A stretch of 64,000 nucleotides of DNA from Spirochaetota bacterium (GTDB taxonomy: Bacteria; Spirochaetota; UBA4802; UBA5550), in contig OY760686.1 of assembly GCA_963663865.1 (NCBI GenBank), forward strand, positions 3,040,001 through 3,104,000. The letters are read 5' to 3'. The number at the start of each line of letters is the position of its first letter. Within the stretch, counting starts at the first letter, position 1. Under the pieces are notes generated by a model. It had not been told where the DNA came from. It searched no databases and was given only the letters and a program-made list of their open reading frames with translations. Positions 1 to 8,803 of this stretch are shown piece after piece. Both the position numbers and the translations under genes were made by a program.

Positions 1-287
1 AAAATGACCGGAATGTCGTAACTTTCCTTTATAATGAATGCCGTGTCAATCCCGTCGGTAGGACCTTCAAGCGTTATATCCATAAGAACAAGATTTGGCG
101 GTTCTTTTTTGATTCGTTCAAGACAGTCTGTGCATGAGGAAACGAGGTGCGTTTCAATGAACCCCCTCTGCTGCAGAACCTTCTGCATAAACAGGCCAAT
201 TATTGCCTCGTCCTCAACAATGAGCACCCTGGTTTTTTCGGGATCAGCCGCACTGCCGATTATATTTCCGTACCCAATTGTATCCAC
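1..287 (-). CDS. Response regulator receiver-domain protein (3' end runs off the window)
   Basis: Manual minus-strand translation from GTG at 287: ...KTRVLIVEDEAIIGLFMQKVL...PPNLVLMDITLEGPTDGIDTA..IKESYDIPVIF, a classic REC motif set. Not in the ORF track; start uncertain. Confidence 0.85.
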   Translation of the reverse strand, partial: MDTIGYGNIIGSAADPEKTRVLIVEDEAIIGLFMQKVLQQRGFIETHLVSSCTDCLERIKKEPPNLVLMDITLEGPTDGIDTAFIIKESYDIPVI

Positions 288-436
288 GCACTACTTATTT
301 CACCGCTTAATATAGAAATCAATCAGAAAAATTTTACCTGCCGTGTCCAGAGGCTAACGCTCTTCAATATTATTCTTGATACAAATATGTCTACAGGGTA
401 TAATCCGTCCAGAAACGTTGATTACGGCGGGGTATT

Positions 437-1231
437 ATGACAAGAGCATACAATGCCGTCTCGGTTATTCTGTTAGTCATTACGGCGCTGACCTACTTTT
501 TTTTCAGTGGAAACTCTCTCCTCGTAAAGACCATCGGCGGAATATTTCCGGCAGCTATGTCGCTCAACGCGGCAGTTGTCATTTTCGCGACATTCATGTC
601 CTTCGGCAAATGGGGAGCCGCCCGCACCAACTGGTTCCTGTTTTTTTTGAGTGCACTCTTTTCAATGACCGCCGAACTCACCTACTTTTACCTGGAATGC
701 TTCATTAAAGTTGAACAAACATCGCTCTCAGCATCACCCGCAGATTTTTTCTGGGTGTGCCAATATCTGCTGATAATCACAGGAATGGTCATACTCATTG
801 CGGGATTCATGAAATCAGGCCTTCCGAGGGGCAGATGGATGATCAGCTTTTCTCTGATACTTCTATTAGGAGTCTTCTCTGCCGTAATAATGTACGAGTT
901 TATTCTAAAACTCATAGCATCAGACACGGAAATATCCACCGCAGTAAAAATTATGTACTTTTTCTATCCTCTTGCTGATCTGATCATTATCATGATCGCG
1001 CTCATGATAATGCACATCACCACTCTGTTCGGGAAAGGGGCCCTTTCACTGCCGTGGAAGATTATTGCATGTTCGTTTATCGTAAATTCACTCGCCGATA
1101 TAGCCTACAGCTATCTCGACTGGAAGTCTCTGTACTCAACCGGTCACAGCATTGACCTTCTGTGGGGCGCGGGCTACTGGCTGCTCGGCCTGGGAGCTTT
1201 GATCCAGAAAAAGCTTATGCGGTCCATATAG
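437..1231 (+). CDS. Stand-alone multi-pass (7-8 TM) membrane protein resembling sensor input domains of GGDEF/His-kinase proteins
   Basis: 264 aa hydrophobic; motifs SPADFFW, YPLADL, ADIAYSY, DLLWGAGY; no output domain. Confidence 0.6.
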   Translation: MTRAYNAVSVILLVITALTYFFFSGNSLLVKTIGGIFPAAMSLNAAVVIFATFMSFGKWGAARTNWFLFFLSALFSMTAELTYFYLECFIKVEQTSLSASPADFFWVCQYLLIITGMVILIAGFMKSGLPRGRWMISFSLILLLGVFSAVIMYEFILKLIASDTEISTAVKIMYFFYPLADLIIIMIALMIMHITTLFGKGALSLPWKIIACSFIVNSLADIAYSYLDWKSLYSTGHSIDLLWGAGYWLLGLGALIQKKLMRSI

Positions 1232-1238
1232 GTGCTTT

Positions 1239-1469
1239 ATGTGCGGATTTGTAAAAGAGCTGGTCGTTAAAATTCTGACACCATACCTCGGGAAAAGCAT
1301 GACAGAAGCCTCTATTGAGCTATTCTGCAAAGAAAGAGGGATTTCGCCGCACCATCTCACGGCGGCCCATATCCCCGACCTTACAAAAAAAATTGGCCCG
1401 GGCATAGTAATATTCATAGGGCAGGATAAAGCTGATCAGGTTTTAGATAATCTTCTAAAAATTCATTAG
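1239..1469 (+). CDS. Small helical hypothetical protein
   Basis: 76 aa, starts 7 nt after the upstream gene, AGGTG RBS-like site; LTPYLG...GISP..LT...PDL..KI pattern. Confidence 0.7.
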   Translation: MCGFVKELVVKILTPYLGKSMTEASIELFCKERGISPHHLTAAHIPDLTKKIGPGIVIFIGQDKADQVLDNLLKIH

Positions 1470-1487
1470 CCCCATTTTGGCGGGAAA

Positions 1488-2480
1488 TCAAAGCCTTTTT
1501 TTAAACTCAACGAGATCCTGAGGACCGTCAATATCGTTTTCCCATCTGCCGGCGTTCTTCTTTATTCTAAAAAAAACACCCGAATAGTCGGACAAATCGA
1601 GTTTGTAGAGTCTGGACAAAATATCGAGGAAAGTCTGATACAGCTCAGTAAAAACAATGCTCTTTCTTCGGATTTGCCCTACAAGACGATATTTTTTGAG
1701 TTTGATAAGATAATACATAATTTTTGAAATTGAGCTCGGTGTAAGAGCCTTCCTTAGATTGTACAGAAGATTAAGGCTCTGTCTGGCGACAAGACCATCG
1801 ATGCTCATGTGCTTAATAAATGAAGCGCTGTTTCCAATACGCACCGGCCCGTCCGTAAAGTTTACAAAGCTTTTCAGCTTTCCCTTTTTCTGGCCTCTTT
1901 TGAAAAACTTGATCCTATGAGGAAGCCAATTATCCTTTCTCATATCATCATAGTGGACAACACCGTAAATCATTCTTACCGGCACCCCCCTGTAATCGCT
2001 TTCATTTGCGAAGATATCGGTATATGAATCAAAAATATACTCTACATCCTCGGATGTTATTCGGGGGGTATCTCCAAAATATATGTCTACCCGCTGACCG
2101 TATTCGACAAGCGGATAGAAATCCTTCATATGCCCTGCGACAGATTCAGTCATCTGCCTTATTTCAAGATTGTCATAAGCCGAAACGTCCACTGTTTTCG
2201 TAAAGCTCTTGATGTCGTTGTAGACGTAAACCTTTTCGTATATTCTCTTCCCGTTTTTTCTTGCGCCGTAGACGGCATCCAGGACATAGCTTATAATCGG
2301 CCTCCCCTTCACGGAGTAAAGAAACTTGTTCTTCCCCATGTAGAGCTCTTCACCGTCGTATGATTCCTTGATCTCGCGTTCATATTCCCTTCTTGTGGCG
2401 TGATCAACCCTGTTATACCCGGCAAGTATTAGCGCGACAGGACCCATATTACCGCCGCTTTTATCATTCGGTAATTTCAT
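1488..2480 (-). CDS. MobA-like nucleotidyltransferase (NTP_transf_3-like) family protein
   Basis: ALILAG, NKFL..VKGRPIISYVLDAV, FGDTPRIT, NDIDGPQDL motifs; true start may be the internal Met (MGPVALILAG). Confidence 0.65.
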   Translation of the reverse strand: MKLPNDKSGGNMGPVALILAGYNRVDHATRREYEREIKESYDGEELYMGKNKFLYSVKGRPIISYVLDAVYGARKNGKRIYEKVYVYNDIKSFTKTVDVSAYDNLEIRQMTESVAGHMKDFYPLVEYGQRVDIYFGDTPRITSEDVEYIFDSYTDIFANESDYRGVPVRMIYGVVHYDDMRKDNWLPHRIKFFKRGQKKGKLKSFVNFTDGPVRIGNSASFIKHMSIDGLVARQSLNLLYNLRKALTPSSISKIMYYLIKLKKYRLVGQIRRKSIVFTELYQTFLDILSRLYKLDLSDYSGVFFRIKKNAGRWENDIDGPQDLVEFKKRL

Positions 2481-2503
2481 TATTAGAATTCCAAAGTTTA
2501 GAA

Positions 2504-3202
2504 TTATATACCACGGACTTCACAAATATCAGCAAAATCCCTTACCACATCCGCGAGAGCCCTCAGAACATCAGTATGAAGAGGTTCAACAGACGAATAC
2601 TCTTCCCCCAGAAGCGTAGTGCCGGCAGCAAACTGCTGAAGGTAGTATTTTCCGACCTTTCCAACCCTGCCGCCAATTTCCCGCAAAATATTTTCATTCA
2701 CATAACCTGGCACACATGTAGTGCGCAGTTCATATTCGATACCGCTTTTTTTTAACAGATTTGCCGTCTCGGCAATCCTGTAAAAGTCCGCTTCTACCCC
2801 GGTCAGTACAGAATACAGAGAAGGCGAGGTCTTAATATCCAGGGCAGCATACTCAATTGCTTCCGAAGCAAGAAGGCTTTCAACAACTTCCGGGAGCATA
2901 CCATTTGTATCAAGCTTAACGGGAAGCCCCAGCTTACCAACGCAGAGCGCAAAATCAACAATATCCTCATTCAGAGTCGGCTCTCCGCCAGACAGAACTA
3001 CACCGTCAATAAGCCCCTTTCTGGAGGCAAGGTACTGCAGCACGTCCTCTTCCGAGTGGACAGGCAGCTCCCTGCTGTTCAGAGCCAGATCAGGATTGTG
3101 ACAAAAACCGCAGCGCATATTGCACCCTCCGGTAAAGATTACAGTTGAAATCTTCCCGGGATAGTCTACAAGCGATGTTTTATAAAGTCCTCTGATATTC
3201 AT
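2504..3202 (-). CDS. nrdG: Anaerobic ribonucleoside-triphosphate reductase activating protein (radical SAM)
   Basis: SLVDYPGK, GCNMRCGFCHNP (CxxxCxxC), SGGEPT, KLDTNG; downstream of nrdD. Confidence 0.95.
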   Translation of the reverse strand: MNIRGLYKTSLVDYPGKISTVIFTGGCNMRCGFCHNPDLALNSRELPVHSEEDVLQYLASRKGLIDGVVLSGGEPTLNEDIVDFALCVGKLGLPVKLDTNGMLPEVVESLLASEAIEYAALDIKTSPSLYSVLTGVEADFYRIAETANLLKKSGIEYELRTTCVPGYVNENILREIGGRVGKVGKYYLQQFAAGTTLLGEEYSSVEPLHTDVLRALADVVRDFADICEVRGI

Positions 3203-3356
3203 TGGAAAGCACTGTTTCCCTGTTTACGATATATGTTTTTCTTTCTTTAAACTCTTCCTGTTTCCCCCTGTTCCACTGATTGACCGGCCTGAAATAACCC
3301 ACAACCCTTGAATAAACCTCAACCGGTACTTTTACTGTTTTGTTCTTAACGCTCAT
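3180..3356 (-). CDS. Stand-alone glycyl-radical domain of class III RNR (NrdD C-terminal module), 58 aa
   Basis: Manual translation MSVKNKTVKVPVEVYSRVVGYFRPVNQWNRGKQEEFKERKTYIVNRETVLSNEYQRTL*; GGGAGA RBS; overlaps the nrdG start; below the ORF-track size cutoff. Confidence 0.9.
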   Translation of the reverse strand: MSVKNKTVKVPVEVYSRVVGYFRPVNQWNRGKQEEFKERKTYIVNRETVLSNEYQRTL

Positions 3357-3429
3357 TTCAATCTCCCGCCGTAATACGGCTTACTCTAAATAATAATATA
3401 TTAAACTTTTCCCATGACAGCCACTATCT

Positions 3430-5487
3430 CTACTCGTCCTCTACATCAACCTCTACGCCAAATGCCCGCAGATCTTCAGCTGAATGCTCATAGGGGCAAA
3501 ACTTGTGTTCTCCCGGAATATAGCCGTGTACAGGGCAGACACTGAATGTAGGCGTCAGTGAAAAATAAGGCAGATGATATCTGGATGAGACCTTTTTTAC
3601 GAGGGCTTTGACTACATCTATGTCGTCTATTTTCTGACCAAGAAAGAGATGCACAACCGTTCCTCCGGTAAACTTAACCTGAAGATTATCCTGATGGTCA
3701 AGAACTTCGAACATATCACTGGTGTATGAAACAGGAAGATGGACCGAGTTGGTATAATAGGGTTCATCCGAACCTGCTGTGACTATCTCGGGGAACTCCG
3801 AGCGGTCTTTCCTGGCAAGCCTGTAGCTTACACCTTCAGCCGGTGTTGCCTCAAGATTATAAAAATTGCCTGTCTCCTCCTGGAACTCCATTATGCGTTC
3901 TCTCATGAAATCAAGGACTCTCACCGCAAATTCCTTTCCTTCTATTGAAGATATGTCCGCGCCGTGCATATTCAGACAGGCTTCGTTCATTCCGACAAGT
4001 CCTATGGTTGAGAAATGGTTTCCCCAGAACTTGCCGTCCCTGAGCCTTATGTCGCTCAAATAATGCTTTGTGTAGGGATACAGATTGCTTTCAGTAAACT
4101 TCTCAAGCACCTTCCGCTTTATCTCAAGTGAATTGCGGGCGAGCCTCATCAACGACTCCAGAGAAGCGAAAAAATCCTGCTCATTGCCTGTACGGAAAGC
4201 CAGTCTGGGTAGATTTATCGTCACAACCCCGATGCTTCCGGTCAGAGGGTTGGCGCCGAAAAGCCCGCCGCCTCTCTTGCGAAGCTCTCTGTTATCAAGC
4301 CTGAGCCGGCAGCACATTGACCGGGCATCCTCAGGATCCATGTCTGAATTAACATAATTAGCAAAATACGGGATTCCGTAACGGGCCGTCATTTTCCAGA
4401 GGTTATCAAGCTTTGGATTGTTCCAGTCAAAGTCTCTCGTTATGTTGTAGGTCGGAATCGGAAATGTAAAGATTCTGCCCTTTGAATCGCCATCCATGAG
4501 ACACTCGGCAAAAGCAGCATTAAAAATATCCATCTCATCCTGAAATTCGGAGTATGTCTCATTCATGTATTCGCCGCCGATGACGGCATATTCTCCTCCG
4601 ATGTTTGAAGGTACAACAAGATCAAGAGTAACATTGGTAAACGGCGTCTGAAAGCCTACTCTGGTCGGAATGTTCATATTAAAGATGAACTCCTGCAGAC
4701 ACTGTTTCACATCCTTATAGCTAAGCCCGTCATACCTTATAAAGGGGGCAAGATAGGTATCAAAGTTTGAAAAAGCCTGAGCGCCGGCAGATTCACCCTG
4801 CAGGGTGTAAAAGAAGTTAACAATCTGCCCGAGAGCACTTCTGAAATGCCTTGCCGGTCTGCTTTCAATTTTTCCGGGGACACCGCCAAAGCCTCTGATT
4901 AAAAGGTCCTTCAGATCCCACCCGACGCAGTACGCCGAGAGCAGCCCCAGATCATGCAAATGAAAATCTCCCGCGACATGTGAATCCCTTATTTCGGGGG
5001 GATATATCCTCTCAAGCCAATACTTTGCTGTGATGTCGGCGGCAATATGATTGTTAAGGCCCTGAAGCGAATAGCTCATATTGCTGTTCTCGTTTACACG
5101 CCAGTCTGACCTGTCAAGGTACTCCTCTATCAGCTGGACGCCTTCGCCGAGAAGGTTTGCGGCGTCACGCAGATTCCTGTGCTGCTCTCTGTAGATGATG
5201 TAGGCTTTTGCCACTCTGGCATGGCCCCGCTCAATGAGCATTTTTTCGACAAGATCCTGAACATTCTCAACGGTGGGGATGCGGCCGTCTTTAAAAAGTA
5301 TGTCAAGTATTCCTGTAATTGACGCAGTAACAGACTCGGCGGTGTTCCTGTCGCTGCCTCCTACGGCCTCAACAGCCCTATATATAGCGTTAGTGATTTT
5401 ATCTGTATCAAACGGAACGACTCTCCCGTCCCGTTTTCTGATGTATCTGCCCTCCGCGTTCTGTAACATCAAAGGCTCCGTATTCAT
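3430..5487 (-). CDS. nrdD: Class III (anaerobic) ribonucleoside-triphosphate reductase with ATP-cone, lacking the Gly-radical C-terminus
   Basis: N-terminal ATP cone (IRKRDGRVVPFD..KI), SMCCRL, GSIGVVTINL, NLEATPAEG, YYTNS, FTGGTV, CPVHG. Confidence 0.95.
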   Translation of the reverse strand: MNTEPLMLQNAEGRYIRKRDGRVVPFDTDKITNAIYRAVEAVGGSDRNTAESVTASITGILDILFKDGRIPTVENVQDLVEKMLIERGHARVAKAYIIYREQHRNLRDAANLLGEGVQLIEEYLDRSDWRVNENSNMSYSLQGLNNHIAADITAKYWLERIYPPEIRDSHVAGDFHLHDLGLLSAYCVGWDLKDLLIRGFGGVPGKIESRPARHFRSALGQIVNFFYTLQGESAGAQAFSNFDTYLAPFIRYDGLSYKDVKQCLQEFIFNMNIPTRVGFQTPFTNVTLDLVVPSNIGGEYAVIGGEYMNETYSEFQDEMDIFNAAFAECLMDGDSKGRIFTFPIPTYNITRDFDWNNPKLDNLWKMTARYGIPYFANYVNSDMDPEDARSMCCRLRLDNRELRKRGGGLFGANPLTGSIGVVTINLPRLAFRTGNEQDFFASLESLMRLARNSLEIKRKVLEKFTESNLYPYTKHYLSDIRLRDGKFWGNHFSTIGLVGMNEACLNMHGADISSIEGKEFAVRVLDFMRERIMEFQEETGNFYNLEATPAEGVSYRLARKDRSEFPEIVTAGSDEPYYTNSVHLPVSYTSDMFEVLDHQDNLQVKFTGGTVVHLFLGQKIDDIDVVKALVKKVSSRYHLPYFSLTPTFSVCPVHGYIPGEHKFCPYEHSAEDLRAFGVEVDVEDE

Positions 5488-5854
5488 TATTTTGTATTTT
5501 TAATAGATATATCGACGATTATATTCAGCAAATCCCAATAACACGGTATGTACAAAAACCAGGCCGTGCCTGAGGGGGAAAACGCAAACAACGAAAAACA
5601 GCTTAACGCTGCTCAGTATCCCGATTTTTATACATTTTATCCAATTTGGATGAGGAGATTCGCCCAGGCTCACATTCTGATTACCTTAAGTGACATAATC
5701 TGAACCATCGCCATATATCAAGTTACCATTTCAAACAAAAGAGTCAAATAATTTTTGCGACATAATACCATTAATTTCAAAAAGCCCGCAAAAATTAAAA
5801 TTACCGTATTTCCCCCGGTTCAGGGCTGCCGCCTTCTCCTCAATCAGACCACAA

Positions 5855-5874
5855 TTATCAGTAATTACTGATAA
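5855..5874. promoter_or_regulatory. Perfect 20-bp palindrome, candidate operator
   Basis: TTATCAGTAA|TTACTGATAA in the region between divergent nrdD and the exported-protein gene. Confidence 0.45.
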
Positions 5875-5997
5875 AAATAATGTTTTATGCCGATATATCT
5901 GTGAGGTAACGAAATGAGCCCGTCCGGGTTTCCGGCCATCGAGCCCTTAATATCGGGGAATTTCATTCCCCCCTCATATCGACATAGAGGTAACAAG

Positions 5998-6525
5998 ATG
6001 AAAAAGCACACTTCACTTCCAGTATTTATTCTGATTCTTTCTCTGACAGCCGCTGCTGCATCAGCTTTCAGCAGAACATCAGATGACGAGCTGATTGAAA
6101 AAATCAAAATCACCCAATCCGATATCCCTCAGGGATACATTTTCGGTAAAATACCAGGGCCGGCAAAAGCTGTCTTCAAGAACAACCCCTGGAGTTTCGA
6201 CAATAATGCCGTCAGAAAACTTACCGGGAGAATATATCCCGGCGGAGATTACTCAAAGATATCTGCCATTCACATGACAATATTGACACGGAGCGACAAG
6301 CCGTTCAGCGACGATATTGTTTGCTACCTTATGGTCTTCAACAGGGGCAAATCTTCCGCGGATGAGATCAAAAAGCTTAAGGAACACATTGACTTTAACG
6401 GCGACAGGGCACTCCTCGTAACCAGGGACAACCTGGCAATTTTCATGCATGTTGACGATACGGATGATTTCCATTACATCAGGTCATTATCTGAAAAAAT
6501 TGAACAGAGACTTTCCTCTCTATAA
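5998..6525 (+). CDS. Exported hypothetical protein
   Basis: GAGG RBS before ATG 5998; signal peptide MKKHTSLPVFILILSLTAAAASAFS. The ORF-track start at 5914 is probably too long. Confidence 0.7.
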   Translation: MKKHTSLPVFILILSLTAAAASAFSRTSDDELIEKIKITQSDIPQGYIFGKIPGPAKAVFKNNPWSFDNNAVRKLTGRIYPGGDYSKISAIHMTILTRSDKPFSDDIVCYLMVFNRGKSSADEIKKLKEHIDFNGDRALLVTRDNLAIFMHVDDTDDFHYIRSLSEKIEQRLSSL

Positions 6526-6770
6526 CAGCCTGCTTCATGGAGCTCCCGGAATCATAATGCAGGGAGCTCCACGCAACCCTCCGAAGAGCATAAAAAGTCA
6601 GCAAAAGACGTTCCATTTGAAAACTGTATCAATGCAGGGATATCAGAATCAGCTTAACCGACATTTCTCCTCAAATTGTACCTTTTAACACGCGGCAATG
6701 CCTATAGTGATAATTTTTGTATCTGAAAAAATAATTTTAATTGATAAATAATGAGGACTATAGAATAATA

Positions 6771-6881
6771 TGCGGTTGCCGTGTATTCCGCCGCATGCAA
6801 TCAGGCTGCGAACACATAACCCGCTCAGGCGGTTTATAACAGTCTGTGCTTCGGGCTGCAAGCGGGACGACACGGACCGTA
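6771..6881 (+). ncRNA. Candidate structured RNA (extended irregular hairpin) in the 5' leader of the OmpL47-like gene
   Basis: Nested complementary segments 6771-6784/6870-6881, 6786-6791/6862-6867, 6802-6808/6840-6846 and 6816-6824/6829-6837; GC-rich within AT-rich flanks. Confidence 0.4.
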
Positions 6882-6931
6882 ATGCTTTACTGAAACAGCA
6901 GTCCTAACAATAATCTATCTGGAGGATTTCA

Positions 6932-8092
6932 ATGAAAAGAGCATCAAATGTACTTTTACTCATTTTTTCAGCGCTTATGCTTCTCTGCGTAAACGCCTTT
7001 GCCCAGGACGCAGCAACAGACGCTTCTGACCCGGCAGCCACAGAGGTCAACGAAGACGGACACAGCACCGATACTGAAGGAGAGTCATCCGCTCCGGCAG
7101 AACAGCCGGCAGAGGAAAATGAAGCAACAGTCACTGACGAGGACGCCTCTATCGATTCAGCAGCGAAGCTCTACGAAAATGAGCAGATCGTTGCCTTAAA
7201 AGGCACTCCAAAGGCCTACACTGACGGATTCAACAACTACGTAAATAACAAGGTACGATTCGAGCTTTCGACCGTAGACAACATAATAACCGGTGAGATA
7301 TTCTATAAAGTTGACGATCAGGCAGAGCAGAAATACAGCGGCCCCTTCTCAATTAAAGAAGAGGGAGCGCATGTAATATACTACTACAGCGTCGACAAAA
7401 TGGGAAACAGGGAAATGCAGAAAAGCATGAACGTTATCGTTGACGCCACATCTCCCCAGGTTGCAGTTACTATAACCGCTCCCTTCGCAAAAACCGGCGA
7501 ACAGATTTACGCCTCAGATAAGTTCAGCTACAACTACTCAATTGAATCAAAAGATGCCATGACCGGCGTTGCCTCGACTGTTTATTCGCTGGAAGGCCAG
7601 GAAGCAAGGGAGTACATGAAGCCTTTCGTCGTAAATTCACCGGCCCCGGTTAAAATCAATGTGGCTTCAGAAGACAAAGTTGGCAACCTTACACAGAAGT
7701 ACACAACAAAGATAATTGATGAAAACGGACAGCTGCTGGCCTCCAGCATTGACGACATCACAATCCTCATCGACAAAACAGCTCCAGAGGTTTCAATTAA
7801 ACCAGACAAGGAATTCGTCGACAAGGAAGGAATCAAGGTTGCTTCAAAAGACTACAAGTATACGATCAGCGCTCTTGATACCGAATCAGGCGTTAAAGCA
7901 GTATACTACAGAATCGACAGCAAGAGCGATTTCATCCTTTATACCGGTGAAATCACTTTCAATACAAACGGTAATCACAAAATTGAAGCGATCGCGAAAG
8001 ATGGAGTCGGGAATGTAAGCAAAACCGCTGAACTCGATGTTTTTGTGGATACACTTCCTGCTGAAACAGGCTTGAAGTTCATTACCGAATAG
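6932..8092 (+). CDS. OmpL47-like exported protein with Ig-like/beta-sandwich repeats
   Basis: Signal peptide (VNAFA-Q), acidic linker, repeated EGxHxIxYYSVDKxGN / DxTxPxV motifs. Confidence 0.7.
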   Translation: MKRASNVLLLIFSALMLLCVNAFAQDAATDASDPAATEVNEDGHSTDTEGESSAPAEQPAEENEATVTDEDASIDSAAKLYENEQIVALKGTPKAYTDGFNNYVNNKVRFELSTVDNIITGEIFYKVDDQAEQKYSGPFSIKEEGAHVIYYYSVDKMGNREMQKSMNVIVDATSPQVAVTITAPFAKTGEQIYASDKFSYNYSIESKDAMTGVASTVYSLEGQEAREYMKPFVVNSPAPVKINVASEDKVGNLTQKYTTKIIDENGQLLASSIDDITILIDKTAPEVSIKPDKEFVDKEGIKVASKDYKYTISALDTESGVKAVYYRIDSKSDFILYTGEITFNTNGNHKIEAIAKDGVGNVSKTAELDVFVDTLPAETGLKFITE

Positions 8093-8181
8093 CGCTGCGG
8101 CCCGGATTCAGCCGCACCTAAACACCCTGACTCTGGCTGTTTTATACGCCAGGCAGGGTTATTGATACGAGGAGGACTTCA

Positions 8182-8748
8182 ATGAACAACAAAGCATTTG
8201 CAGCAATATCAGCAATATCAGCTTTCTTTTTAGTGTCTTGTTCATCGGCACAGAAGGAAGATACGCCGCTCGTCAAGAACTACGGGCAGGGTACCACCTG
8301 CTCTGAAGGCAACTGCCTTGACGGAACAGGCAAGGTGAAATTCCCAAAGGGTGAGGAATATTCGGGGACTCTCGTACAAGGTAAGGTTGCGGGAACCGGA
8401 GTCATGACCTGGCCGAGCGGAGGCAAATATGAAGGAGCTTTCGCCGAAAACACCCGCACGGGGAAGGGAACATATGTCTACCCTAACGGCGACACCTATA
8501 CAGGCGATTTTTCCGACAACCTCAAAACCGGTACGGGCGAGTACAAATGGAAAGACGGCGATGTTTACAGCGGCTCCTGGAAAGACGGCAAGCCCAACGG
8601 TACAGGGACCTATACCTGGTCAAGCGGTGTTAAATATGAAGGCGAGTGGAAAGACGGGATGATGCATGGCAAAGGAACCATAACCTGGCCCGATTCATCT
8701 CAGGTTTTCGGAGTCTTCAGCGAAAACAAACTTGTAAGCGAACAGTAG
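8182..8748 (+). CDS. MORN-repeat lipoprotein
   Basis: Lipobox LVS-C; tandem YxGxFxxxxxxGxGxxxWxxG repeats. Confidence 0.9.
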   Translation: MNNKAFAAISAISAFFLVSCSSAQKEDTPLVKNYGQGTTCSEGNCLDGTGKVKFPKGEEYSGTLVQGKVAGTGVMTWPSGGKYEGAFAENTRTGKGTYVYPNGDTYTGDFSDNLKTGTGEYKWKDGDVYSGSWKDGKPNGTGTYTWSSGVKYEGEWKDGMMHGKGTITWPDSSQVFGVFSENKLVSEQ

Positions 8749-8770
8749 TCTCAAAAGCTGCTGTTTATAT

Positions 8771-8803
8771 GGGGCTGTCCTAAAACAGGGACGCCCCTTT
8801 TTT
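8771..8803 (+). terminator. Rho-independent terminator
   Basis: GGGGCTGTCC...GGACGCCCC stem followed by T6. Confidence 0.75.

Noticed and set aside
3357-3432. Frameshift or stop-codon readthrough joining nrdD to the small ORF
   Set aside because: The frames differ, the 73-nt AT-rich spacer carries a dedicated RBS, and nrdD ends in a distinct acidic tail, so it looks like two genes.
5488-5850. NrdR boxes upstream of nrdD
   Set aside because: No adequate match to the tandem acaCwAtATaTwGtg consensus was seen.
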